A DNA stretch of 46,329 bases. Origin: Candidatus Omnitrophica bacterium CG11_big_fil_rev_8_21_14_0_20_63_9. GTDB taxonomy: Bacteria; Omnitrophota; Gorgyraeia; Aquiviventales; Aquiviventaceae. The notes under the pieces were generated by a model. That model was not told where the DNA came from. It did not search any database and worked only from the letters and a program-made list of their open reading frames with translations. The stretch is from contig PCVX01000023.1 in assembly GCA_002796105.1 (NCBI GenBank), positions 5,636 through 51,964 on the forward strand. Reading direction: 5' to 3'. The position numbers and the translations under genes are program-made. Each line of letters opens with the position of its first letter. Position 1 is the first letter of the stretch. Below, piece by piece: positions 35,369 to 43,168 of this stretch.

Positions 35369-38302
35369 ATGCCCACCCCAACCCTCCTTAGTCCTGCAGA
35401 ATCGCTCCTTGACCGGCTGACCGCCACCCAGCGCGAGGCGGTCACGCACAGCGGAGGCCCGCTGCTGATTATCGCGGGCGCCGGCACCGGCAAGACTACC
35501 GTGATCACGCGCCGCATCGCCTGGCTGCTGAACGTGCAAAACGCGCCGCCGGAGTCGGTGCTGGCACTCACCTTCACGGAAAAAGCCGCCGCCGAGATGG
35601 CGGAGCGCATCGACCTGCTCGTGCCGTACGGCTACCTCGACGTTGCGGTGAAAACGTTTCACGCCTTCGGCGATGTGCTGCTGCGCGAGCACGCGCTGAG
35701 CTTCGGCCTCTCCCGAAGCTTCCGCGTGCTCTCCCAGGCCGAGCAGCTCGTCTTCCTGAGAGAGCATGTCTTCGACCTACCGCTGGAAGAATTCCGCCCG
35801 CTGAACGACCCGACGCGCTTTCTGGAAGCGCTGCTGAACGTCTTTGCTCGCGCCAAAGACGAGGCGGTCGGTCCGGAAGAGTTCCTGGCCTACGCGCAGC
35901 GCCTCACACAGGAGGCGGCTGGGCGCCTGGACGACGCGGTCCTGGCGGCACAGGCCCGCCGGACGCTTGAGCTGGCCAACGCTTACGGCGCGTACCAGAC
36001 GCTGTTGCATCAGGCCGACGCCATCGATTTCGGCGACCAGGTGCTCCTGGCGCTCCAGCTGCTGGAGCGCCACCCGGAGATCCGGACCGCGCTGCACCAG
36101 CGGCTTGCGCACGTCTTCGTCGACGAATTTCAGGATACGAACTACGCGCAATTCCGCCTGCTGCAGCTGCTGGCCCCGCCGGAGGCCCGCATCACCGTGG
36201 TGGCGGACGACGACCAAAGCATCTACAAATGGCGGGGCGCTGCCATCAGCAACGTGATCAAGTTCCTCGACCACTACGTCGGGGTGCGCACCATCGTGCT
36301 CACCGAGAATTTCCGCTCCCCACAGCCGCTGCTTGACGCCGCCTACCGGCTCATCCGCTTCAACGATCCGGACCGTCTGGAGGTCCGGCAGGGCATCGAC
36401 AAGCGCCTGGTGGCCCGGGCCAGCACGTCGCAGGAACCACCCCACCTGCAGATCTTCGACACTGTCTCCAGCGAGGCGGACTGGGTGGCCAAGACCATCC
36501 GTCAGGAGATCGAATCAGGCGCTCGTCGGCCCAACGATTTCGCCATCCTCGTGCGGTCCAACCGTGAGGCGGACCTGTTCCTGCGGGCCCTGAACGTCGA
36601 GGGCGTGCCATGGCAGTTCAGCGGTGCCAGCGGCCTGTTCGCCCGGCAGGAGATCAAGATGTTGGTCTCCTGCCTGCGCGCGCTGGCCGATCCGGAGGAC
36701 AGCCTGAGTTGGTACCACGTTGCCAGCTCTGCGCTCTACCGCTGCCCGATGGGCGACCTGGTTCATATTTCCAGCGAAGCGACCCGCAGCCACAGCAGTT
36801 TTCGGGAGGTCCTGGCGCGCCTGCCTGGGGACGGCGAGCTGGCGGCGCCGCTATCAGCGGCAGGCCAGGAGGCGCTGCTAGCACTGCGGCAGGACGTAGA
36901 GCGGCTGGTGGAAGCCTCGCGCGAGCACTCCGCCGGGCAGCTATTGTACCGGTGGCTCAGCGAGCGCGGATGGCTAGCACTGCTCAGCCGCGAGACCCGC
37001 GCGGAAGAAGCGCTCCAACTGCAAACGACGGGCAAGTTCTTCCAGCAATTGCGGCGGATCGAGGAGCTGGTCGGCGGTTCGCTGCCTGAGGTGATCAAGC
37101 ACCTGCAGCTGTTCCAGGCGATGGGCAACGAAGCGGTCGAAGAGGATGATGCTTGGGCGGATCGGGTCAAAGTCCTGACGCTGCACAAAGCGAAGGGGTT
37201 GGAGTTTCCGGTCGTGTTCCTCGTGGGGCTGGTGCAAGGGCGGTTTCCGACGCCGCACCGCAAAGACCCCATCGAGCTGCCGGAGGCGCTGATCAAAGAC
37301 ATTCTGCCGGCGGGCGACTACCACCTGCAGGAAGAGCGGCGCTTGTTCTATGTCGGCATGACGCGGGCGCAGGAGACGCTCCACCTGACGTGCGCGTACG
37401 ATTACGGCGGCCGCACCGTCAGAAAAGTAAGCCAGTTTGCCGTGGAGGCGCTGAACCTTCCCAGCCCCAACCCTGCGGCACAGCGCGCCAGCGCCCGGGA
37501 GCTGATCGAGCGCTCGCGTCCGGTTGAGCCGATCGCGGTGCGCACGGCGCGGGCCCGGCCCGGCACATTGCGGCTCGACCCCCACGGCGTGGATGACTAT
37601 TTGACGTGCCCACTCAAATACCGCTACAGCCATGTCTTGAGGGTGCCGGCCATGCGCCACCATGTGGTGGTCTACGGCGCGGCCTTGCATAAGGCGGTGG
37701 AGGAGTTCTTTAGGCGGCGGCTTGCGCAGCAACCCATGACCGAGGAGGAGTTGCTCGACGTGTTCGACCGGCACTGGAGCACGGAAGGCTTCCTGACGAA
37801 GGAGCATGAGCGGCTGCGCAAGGAGCAGGGCCGGGCCACGCTGCGGCGATTCTTCCAGCAGCAGCAAACCCATCCCGAACTCCCCAGCCTGATCGAGGCA
37901 AAGTTCCGGATTCTGCTGGACGATATCCTGCTGGTGGGCCGCTGGGACCGGGTTGACCAGCGGGAGGACGGCACGCTGATTATCGACTATAAATCCTCGG
38001 AAGTCAGGGAGCAGGCCGCCGCCGACCGCAGGACCCGCGACTCACTCCAGCTGCTCGTCTACGCGCTCGCCTGGCGCAAGCTCCATGGCGAGCTTCCAAT
38101 CGGCGTTGAGCTGCGATTTCTTGAGACCGGCCTCACCGGCCGCGCGCAGTTCACCGAGGATGATTTAGAGCGCGGCGTGGAGAAGGTGCACGAGGCCGCC
38201 GCCGGTATCAGGGCAGAGCAGTTCCAAGCCAAGCCCCAAGAGTTTTCCTGCCGCTGGTGCGCCTTCCAGACGGTCTGTCCTGCCGCGTTTCGAAGCCGCT
38301 AG
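35369..38302 (+). CDS. UvrD/PcrA-type SF1 helicase fused to a C-terminal Cas4/AddB-type Fe-S PD-(D/E)XK nuclease
   Basis: Helicase motifs AGAGTGKT (I), VFVDEFQDTN (II), TENFRS (III), TLHKAKGLEFPVVFL (V), RRLFYVGMTRA (VI). C-terminal ...DYLTCPLKY..., GRWDRVD...LIIDYKSS, QLLVYAL, and CRWCAFQTVC (1+3 Cys) form a RecB-family nuclease with an iron-sulfur Cys set. Confidence 0.85.
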   Translation: MPTPTLLSPAESLLDRLTATQREAVTHSGGPLLIIAGAGTGKTTVITRRIAWLLNVQNAPPESVLALTFTEKAAAEMAERIDLLVPYGYLDVAVKTFHAFGDVLLREHALSFGLSRSFRVLSQAEQLVFLREHVFDLPLEEFRPLNDPTRFLEALLNVFARAKDEAVGPEEFLAYAQRLTQEAAGRLDDAVLAAQARRTLELANAYGAYQTLLHQADAIDFGDQVLLALQLLERHPEIRTALHQRLAHVFVDEFQDTNYAQFRLLQLLAPPEARITVVADDDQSIYKWRGAAISNVIKFLDHYVGVRTIVLTENFRSPQPLLDAAYRLIRFNDPDRLEVRQGIDKRLVARASTSQEPPHLQIFDTVSSEADWVAKTIRQEIESGARRPNDFAILVRSNREADLFLRALNVEGVPWQFSGASGLFARQEIKMLVSCLRALADPEDSLSWYHVASSALYRCPMGDLVHISSEATRSHSSFREVLARLPGDGELAAPLSAAGQEALLALRQDVERLVEASREHSAGQLLYRWLSERGWLALLSRETRAEEALQLQTTGKFFQQLRRIEELVGGSLPEVIKHLQLFQAMGNEAVEEDDAWADRVKVLTLHKAKGLEFPVVFLVGLVQGRFPTPHRKDPIELPEALIKDILPAGDYHLQEERRLFYVGMTRAQETLHLTCAYDYGGRTVRKVSQFAVEALNLPSPNPAAQRASARELIERSRPVEPIAVRTARARPGTLRLDPHGVDDYLTCPLKYRYSHVLRVPAMRHHVVVYGAALHKAVEEFFRRRLAQQPMTEEELLDVFDRHWSTEGFLTKEHERLRKEQGRATLRRFFQQQQTHPELPSLIEAKFRILLDDILLVGRWDRVDQREDGTLIIDYKSSEVREQAAADRRTRDSLQLLVYALAWRKLHGELPIGVELRFLETGLTGRAQFTEDDLERGVEKVHEAAAGIRAEQFQAKPQEFSCRWCAFQTVCPAAFRSR

Positions 38303-38332
38303 GGCCCCCTCCCTAAAAATCCTCTCCAGCCC

Positions 38333-38362
38333 TTGATGATGGCATTCAAGATATGCTATTTA
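38333..38362 (+). promoter_or_regulatory. Candidate extended -10 promoter in AT-rich spacer
   Basis: TTGATG (38333-38338), 18-nt spacer, TGcTATTTA (38354-38362). Other hexamer pairs are possible in this AT-rich tract, so the assignment is weak. Confidence 0.3.
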
Positions 38363-38405
38363 TTAAATGTATTACAAATATTAAGTTAAGTATGTACTTA
38401 GTATG
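38341..38405. other. Sharply AT-rich spacer (compositional break between core block and accessory cluster)
   Basis: Hand count gives 15 G/C in 65 nt, and only 8 G/C in nt 38351-38400, inside an otherwise GC-rich window. Contains short palindromes (ATTTATTAAAT, AAGTAtgTACTT). Confidence 0.9.
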
Positions 38406-38433
38406 ACGGGTCCCTCAGCCCGAGTGAACAGTG

Positions 38434-38475
38434 GCCGAACTGCCAGGCGCTCTGGGGGTTCGGCGGTTTTGTTTG
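38434..38475 (+). terminator. Terminator-like hairpin plus T-tract (helicase terminator, leader attenuator or 3' end of a short RNA)
   Basis: GCCGAAC (38434-38440) pairs with GTTCGGC (38458-38464). Inner CCAG (38443-38446) pairs with CTGG (38452-38455). Followed by GGTTTTGTTTG. Confidence 0.55.
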
Positions 38476-38505
38476 CAGACGAGGTGACAGGTGGAGCCAT
38501 TTCGA

Positions 38506-38775
38506 ATGTTCCAGCGGCCGATGTCTCATGCGCGTCCGGCGCCCAACGCCGCCGAGCTCTCCGAGGCCCGCTTCAAGCGGTTCTTGAAGGACATGGATGC
38601 CTACGAGCGCAAGTTCACGTTCGAGCGGACGCTGGACGCCTTCCTGGACCTCTATTCCCAGTGGCGCAAGACCCATGATGAGCAGGTCAAGCTGCGCCTG
38701 GTGATGCTGGTCTTCGAGCTGCACCGGCTGGACAACCATTTTGAGTGCGACCTCTCTTTCGCCGAGCACGCCTAA
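38506..38775 (+). CDS. Hypothetical small helical protein (89 aa), no signal peptide
   Basis: Normal, non-shadow composition: MFQRPMSH...FKRFLKDMDAYERKFTFERTLDAFLDLYSQWRKTHDEQVKLRLVMLVFELHRLDNHFECDLSFAEHA. GGTGGAG lies 9 nt upstream of ATG 38506 (ORF track GTG 38491). No family recognised. Confidence 0.6.
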   Translation: MFQRPMSHARPAPNAAELSEARFKRFLKDMDAYERKFTFERTLDAFLDLYSQWRKTHDEQVKLRLVMLVFELHRLDNHFECDLSFAEHA

Positions 38776-39152
38776 TGCGCGAAATCGTCGTCCGCAACCT
38801 CACCTCGACGGATTGGCTCAAGCGCGACTGCGTCGTCACCGAATCGATGCAGCAGGGCGACTACACCACGAAAGTCCTTCGCCGCTGCACCTACCGTGTT
38901 GAATCGCAAACGCTGCTCCCTTCGACTGAAGACTCGATCGCCTGGGCCCGCAATCTGGACCCGACGCCACCCCGCCAGGTGTTCGTGACAAAGGATCTGG
39001 ATCCTGACACCGGGGGAGAACGGGTGGTCTACAAGGTGCTGGGCCACTTCTATGTCGTGTGGGGCCGGACAGTCGTGTGCGTGGGCTACCGCCACATCCT
39101 GTCCATGGATATCGACGCGCCGGACGAGCCGCTTTCTGAGATGGATGGTTAA
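38775..39152 (+). CDS. Hypothetical small protein (125 aa), no signal peptide
   Basis: MREIVVRNLTSTDWLKRDCVVTES...VYKVLGHFYVVWGRTVVCVGYRHILSMDIDAPDEPLSEMDG. ATG 38775 overlaps the upstream stop (TAATG). No family recognised. Confidence 0.6.
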   Translation: MREIVVRNLTSTDWLKRDCVVTESMQQGDYTTKVLRRCTYRVESQTLLPSTEDSIAWARNLDPTPPRQVFVTKDLDPDTGGERVVYKVLGHFYVVWGRTVVCVGYRHILSMDIDAPDEPLSEMDG

Positions 39153-39203
39153 AGGCACACCCCGCGGAAGCGGGGGCCGCAAAGCCACGGGTCCAGACCG
39201 GAT

Positions 39204-39243
39204 CGCCGGGTTGCCGAAGGGTAAGCCGGCGTTTCTTGTATTC
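39204..39243 (+). terminator. Weak hairpin plus T-rich tract between small-gene pair and repeat-protein gene
   Basis: CGCCGG (39204-39209) pairs with CCGGCG (39226-39231) across a 16-nt loop, then TTTCTTGTATTC. A separate CCCCGC-GGAA-GCGGGG tetraloop hairpin lies at 39160-39175. Confidence 0.3.
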
Positions 39244-39268
39244 ATCGGGGAGCCGAAGGAGGGCTGGG

Positions 39269-40567
39269 ATGCGACACGCATGGGGGCTGGGACGGGGGGC
39301 TGTGGCGGCGGTCGTGCTGGTCAGCTATGGTCTGGCGGTTCCCGCAGGCAGCGAGGCGGCGACCTGCACCAGCTACACTTCTCCGGAAGCGACCTTTACC
39401 GATGGCGACTGCGTCGTCGGGTCCGGCAAGATCCTGCTGCGCGGGGGCACCTACCGGCACCATTTTAATGGCGAAACCCTCCATAACGCCGAGGTGGCTC
39501 AAACCACGGCGTCGGATGGAACCAAGGCGATCGACAAAGCCGGGTACCTGTTAACACCTGATTTTGAAGGTGAGGTGCTGGCTTCCGCATCGGTGGATAC
39601 TGCTGGACGCTTCGATGCTCAAGAGCTCCGTTACGGTCTCGAGGACTTTGGAATTGAAGGCAAGCTGTATAACGCTGAGGTCCGGGTCGAACGGGAGACA
39701 GGGCCGTACTTTTATCACCTCCTCACCAAGCAAGGCTACTTGAGCGGACCAACCTTCGAAGGCGAGTTATCGATAACGCAGACCCTAAACGCCGAAGGAG
39801 GACTGGAGCGTCTCCAGGAGACCCGCTACGGCATCGAAGACTTTGGAATCCAAGGCAAGCTGTATAACGCTGAGGTGCGGATCGAACGGGAGGCTGGGCT
39901 GTACCCTTACCACTCCCTAACGAAGGAAGGCTACCTCTACGGGCCGATGTTCCAAGGGGAACTGCTGGTCATTCAGAACCTAAATACCGAAGGGGGCCTG
40001 GAACGTCTGCAGGAAAGGCGCTACGGCACCGAGGATCTGGGAGCTGAGGGGAAATTGTACAATACCGAGCAGTGGGTCGAACAGGAAACAGGCCCGTACT
40101 CCTACCATCTCCTGACGAAACACGGTTACATCCAGGGACCAACGTTTGAGGGAGAATTGCGGGTTACACAGACTATGACTGTCGAGGGGAACTTGGAACG
40201 TCTGCAGGAGCTTCGCTACGGCACCGAAGACCTCGGGGTGGAAGGCAAGCTCTACAGCGCCGAGGTACGGATAGAGCGAGAGATGTCCCCAGATTTCTAT
40301 CACATCGTTGAGAAGCACGGCTACCTTGAGGGGCCTACCTTCCAAGGAGAGCTGAGTATGAACCTACAGTTAGACGAGGGGGGCGCCGTGCGCTATGGGG
40401 AACATGTACTGGATGGCACTTGGCGCATCGATGGGCAGGAATTTTTCGGGCAGCTGCGCGTCATCAATAACCAAGGAGTTATTGAGGTGGTCGATACGCG
40501 TATGAGTAGCCAAGGCAGCGGTAGCGATCCTGAGCCCGGCCCTGGTGACGGCTCCGGAGGTTGGTGA
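39269..40567 (+). CDS. Secreted protein built from 64/65-residue tandem repeats (unassigned repeat family)
   Basis: AAGGAGG lies 6 nt upstream of ATG 39269. Signal peptide MRHAWGLGRGAVAAVVLVSYGLAVPAGSEA|A. Four full repeats, with degenerate copies flanking on each side. Gly-rich C-terminus ...GSGSDPEPGPGDGSGGW. Confidence 0.8.
   Translation: MRHAWGLGRGAVAAVVLVSYGLAVPAGSEAATCTSYTSPEATFTDGDCVVGSGKILLRGGTYRHHFNGETLHNAEVAQTTASDGTKAIDKAGYLLTPDFEGEVLASASVDTAGRFDAQELRYGLEDFGIEGKLYNAEVRVERETGPYFYHLLTKQGYLSGPTFEGELSITQTLNAEGGLERLQETRYGIEDFGIQGKLYNAEVRIEREAGLYPYHSLTKEGYLYGPMFQGELLVIQNLNTEGGLERLQERRYGTEDLGAEGKLYNTEQWVEQETGPYSYHLLTKHGYIQGPTFEGELRVTQTMTVEGNLERLQELRYGTEDLGVEGKLYSAEVRIEREMSPDFYHIVEKHGYLEGPTFQGELSMNLQLDEGGAVRYGEHVLDGTWRIDGQEFFGQLRVINNQGVIEVVDTRMSSQGSGSDPEPGPGDGSGGW
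39563..40339 (+). repeat. Tandem coding repeat, period 192-195 bp, four full copies
   Basis: Repeat units start at F codons 39563, 39755, 39950 and 40145 (next partial unit at 40340). Consensus F(E/Q)GEL...Q.L..EGGLERLQE.RYG.ED.G.EGKLYNAEVR.ERE.G.Y.YH.LTK.GYL.GPT. Long stretches such as ggcaagctgtataacgctgaggt are shared at nucleotide level. Confidence 0.9.
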
Positions 40568-40569
40568 AG

Positions 40570-41337
40570 ATGGGCACCAGCATTGAAAACGATCGACGTC
40601 CGGCTTGGGGAAGATCGATCCAGTCGATCGCTCTCGGGTTATTGTTTTTCTCAGCCAACGTCGCGCTGGCGGATGATCGTCTTCAAGACAACGCGGCGTT
40701 GCCTCAGGTGGATTCGCGGGCTACCGCACCGTTGAGCGAGGACATTGTTCGGATTATCGCCGAGATGGGGTCGGTTAGAGACTACGAGCGGCTCCGGTGG
40801 CTCTTAGACGCCATCGAGCAGCAGGTGCCGCCGGTGCGGGCTGAGCTGCTCAAGCGGCTCGATGACCACGTCCAGCAGCTCGTCCAGGCGGAGGTTGAGC
40901 GCCGCGTGGCATCGGCCGTGGGCAGCCTGGCGCTGCTTTCACAGGGAGCGTCTGATGCTGGACGGTCCGGTGCAGACCAGGCAGCCCCTTCGAGCCGTGC
41001 GGCAGGTGCCGAGTCGTCAGATACTGAAGCGCAAACCAAGCGTCCAGTGCATCTGCCCAGCTACGAGTATGACACCGTCAGCCAGGAGATCGAAGCGCTC
41101 ACCTTAGTCTCCGATCCCAAGGAGCAACGAGACCAAACGAGCACGGTCTTTCGAAAGATCGTCAATGTCGAGGACCCAGCCAAGCGCATGTTGCTGCTGC
41201 AGCAGCTCGACAACAAGAAACGGGCCGCGCTACAGCTAACCATTGAAGCTAAAAAGCACGAGCTCAAACAGCGGTACGAAGCCCAGCAAGCGGCGGCCGC
41301 TGAGATGGGTGGGTCATCCCCAAACGTAAGCCGCTAG
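40570..41337 (+). CDS. Secreted/periplasmic helical protein of unknown function
   Basis: GGAGG lies 9 nt upstream of ATG 40570. Signal peptide ...IQSIALGLLFFSANVALA|DD. The rest is Glu/Gln/Ala/Leu-rich with predicted long helices. No family recognised. Confidence 0.65.
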   Translation: MGTSIENDRRPAWGRSIQSIALGLLFFSANVALADDRLQDNAALPQVDSRATAPLSEDIVRIIAEMGSVRDYERLRWLLDAIEQQVPPVRAELLKRLDDHVQQLVQAEVERRVASAVGSLALLSQGASDAGRSGADQAAPSSRAAGAESSDTEAQTKRPVHLPSYEYDTVSQEIEALTLVSDPKEQRDQTSTVFRKIVNVEDPAKRMLLLQQLDNKKRAALQLTIEAKKHELKQRYEAQQAAAAEMGGSSPNVSR

Positions 41338-41353
41338 GAACTTCAGAGGGTGA

Positions 41354-43168
41354 ATGGGCAGCATTCTACGTCAGCGATTCGCAAGCCTCTTCTTAGGTGT
41401 GCTGGCCGCGATCGGATGCGGCGCGGTACCGGCGGAGGCGTTTCGGGATCGGGGCGGCTATTTTACCAAGCCGGCGGTTGCTGAGGACGGGACGATCTAC
41501 GTCGGGGCGCGCGACCGGTACATCTACGCCTTTGACCCGGGCCCTGCCAGCACCGACCGCATCAAGTGGCTCTACCTCACCGGTAAGGACGTTTTGAGCA
41601 ACCCCGCCATCGCCCCACCGGGAACCCCGGCCCAGGGGGCGATCTACGTCGGATCCAATGACCACATGTTCTACGCGCTCCACCCCGATGGGACGCTGTG
41701 GTGGCAATATGAGTGCGAAGGAAGCGTCGAGTCAGGGCCTGCCGTCGATCCGGGGGACGGCACCGTTTATGTCGGATCAAAGGACGGCTATGTCTATGCG
41801 TTTTATCCGGATCGGCCCTCGGCCCCGCTCAAATGGTCGCTGAAGATGCCCTACAAAGACATCAAGACGATCCCGATCATCTCGCGCGACGGCACGATGA
41901 TCTATGTCGGCTCGGATCACAAGGGGTTTTACAGTATCAACTCAAACGGTGTGTTGCAGCAGACCTTTGATCTGGACAGCTTCTACCGCATCGGCGGAGT
42001 GTTGGATCGCGCCGGCAACCTCTATGTCAGCGATCACCACAAAATTGTGAAGTTGACGCCTTCGCTGCAAGAGCTCTGGACCTATCCGATTGATCAAAAC
42101 CACCGCTCCCATCCCATCCTCAGCCCCGATGAGTTGACCGTCTACCAGGGATCTCGAGGGGATGACCATCTTCATGCGGTCGATGCGACTACGGGGCAGC
42201 AGCAATGGGAGTTTAAGACCGATAGCAATGTCGTGGCCACCGGTGTAGTGCATCCGCAAACCGGCGCGGTCTACATCGGCGCAGCCCACGGGAAGTTCTT
42301 CGCGGTGCATCCCGACGGGATGCTCAAGTGGAGTCGCAGCTCGGTCGACGGTACCGGTTTCCGGTCCACCCCGACGCTCTCTCGCGATCTGGCCACGGTC
42401 TACATCGGAGATGAGGTCGGGGTCTTCTACGCGCTCGATGCCGAAACCGGTGCCATCAGATGGGCCTTCGACACACGGACGGCGGAGGGACGGACCGCCC
42501 CCATTGCTAACGCGGGGCCTGATCAGCGCGTTGTGCTGACCGATCCAGAAGCGACCCTGACGCTTCAAGGCGTCGTCTCGGACGATGGCCTGCCGGATCC
42601 TCCTGCCCGCGTCACCGTGAAGTGGATGCTTGATGAGGGGCCTGACAAGGTCAAGCTGAGCGATCCAAAGAAGCTCGAAACAACCGCAAGTTTTGAAACC
42701 CCAGGAACCTATACGCTTGTCCTGACGGCGGATGACGGGGAGAACCTGAGCGATGACGATCTCAGGGTGGTTGTCGATCCGATGGGGACAGAGCCGCCTC
42801 TCCTCACCGCCAATGCCGGCGATGATCAGGTGGTCACGCTGCCGAATTCGGCCATGCTGGCGGGGATTGTTGCGCCTGGCTCGGCCGCCACCTTATGGCA
42901 AAAAGTCAGTGGCAGTGGAACGGTGACCTTCACACCCCAGGCTTCCGACCGAAATGCTTCGGCGGCCTTCTCAGCGCCGGATGTCTACGTGCTCCGGCTG
43001 CGAGCAACGCTGGACGGCTCGCAGGCTGAAGATGATGTCGTCATTACGGTGCACCCAATCCCATTGGCGATCACCATCACGTCTCCAATGGCCGGTGGAG
43101 GCATAAGCGGCGACTCAAGTGAGGCAATAGGGCAGGCTCCTTCGCCATCGGGTGGCGGAGGCATTTAA
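41354..43168 (+). CDS. Secreted 8-bladed PQQ-like (BamB-type) beta-propeller followed by two Ig/PKD-like modules
   Basis: Signal peptide ...FLGVLAAIGCGAVPAEA. Eight blades of the pattern G.(I/V)Y(V/I)G s....(Y/F)A(F/L)(D/H)P..G...W (e.g. GAIYVGSNDHMFYALHPDGTLWWQY). Then ANAGPDQRVVL...VVSDDGLPDPP...GTYTLVLTADDG and ANAGDDQVVTL... Confidence 0.8.
   Translation: MGSILRQRFASLFLGVLAAIGCGAVPAEAFRDRGGYFTKPAVAEDGTIYVGARDRYIYAFDPGPASTDRIKWLYLTGKDVLSNPAIAPPGTPAQGAIYVGSNDHMFYALHPDGTLWWQYECEGSVESGPAVDPGDGTVYVGSKDGYVYAFYPDRPSAPLKWSLKMPYKDIKTIPIISRDGTMIYVGSDHKGFYSINSNGVLQQTFDLDSFYRIGGVLDRAGNLYVSDHHKIVKLTPSLQELWTYPIDQNHRSHPILSPDELTVYQGSRGDDHLHAVDATTGQQQWEFKTDSNVVATGVVHPQTGAVYIGAAHGKFFAVHPDGMLKWSRSSVDGTGFRSTPTLSRDLATVYIGDEVGVFYALDAETGAIRWAFDTRTAEGRTAPIANAGPDQRVVLTDPEATLTLQGVVSDDGLPDPPARVTVKWMLDEGPDKVKLSDPKKLETTASFETPGTYTLVLTADDGENLSDDDLRVVVDPMGTEPPLLTANAGDDQVVTLPNSAMLAGIVAPGSAATLWQKVSGSGTVTFTPQASDRNASAAFSAPDVYVLRLRATLDGSQAEDDVVITVHPIPLAITITSPMAGGGISGDSSEAIGQAPSPSGGGGI

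Noticed and set aside
30589-38405. Possibility that tRNA-Gly marks the left end of an integrated genomic island extending to the AT-rich break at about 38.35 kb.
   Set aside because: I saw no integrase, recombinase or phage genes and no direct repeat of the tRNA 3' end near 38.3 kb. The intervening genes (NlpD-like, HIT, dgt, helicase) have core-like GC-rich composition and tight coupling to upstream housekeeping genes.
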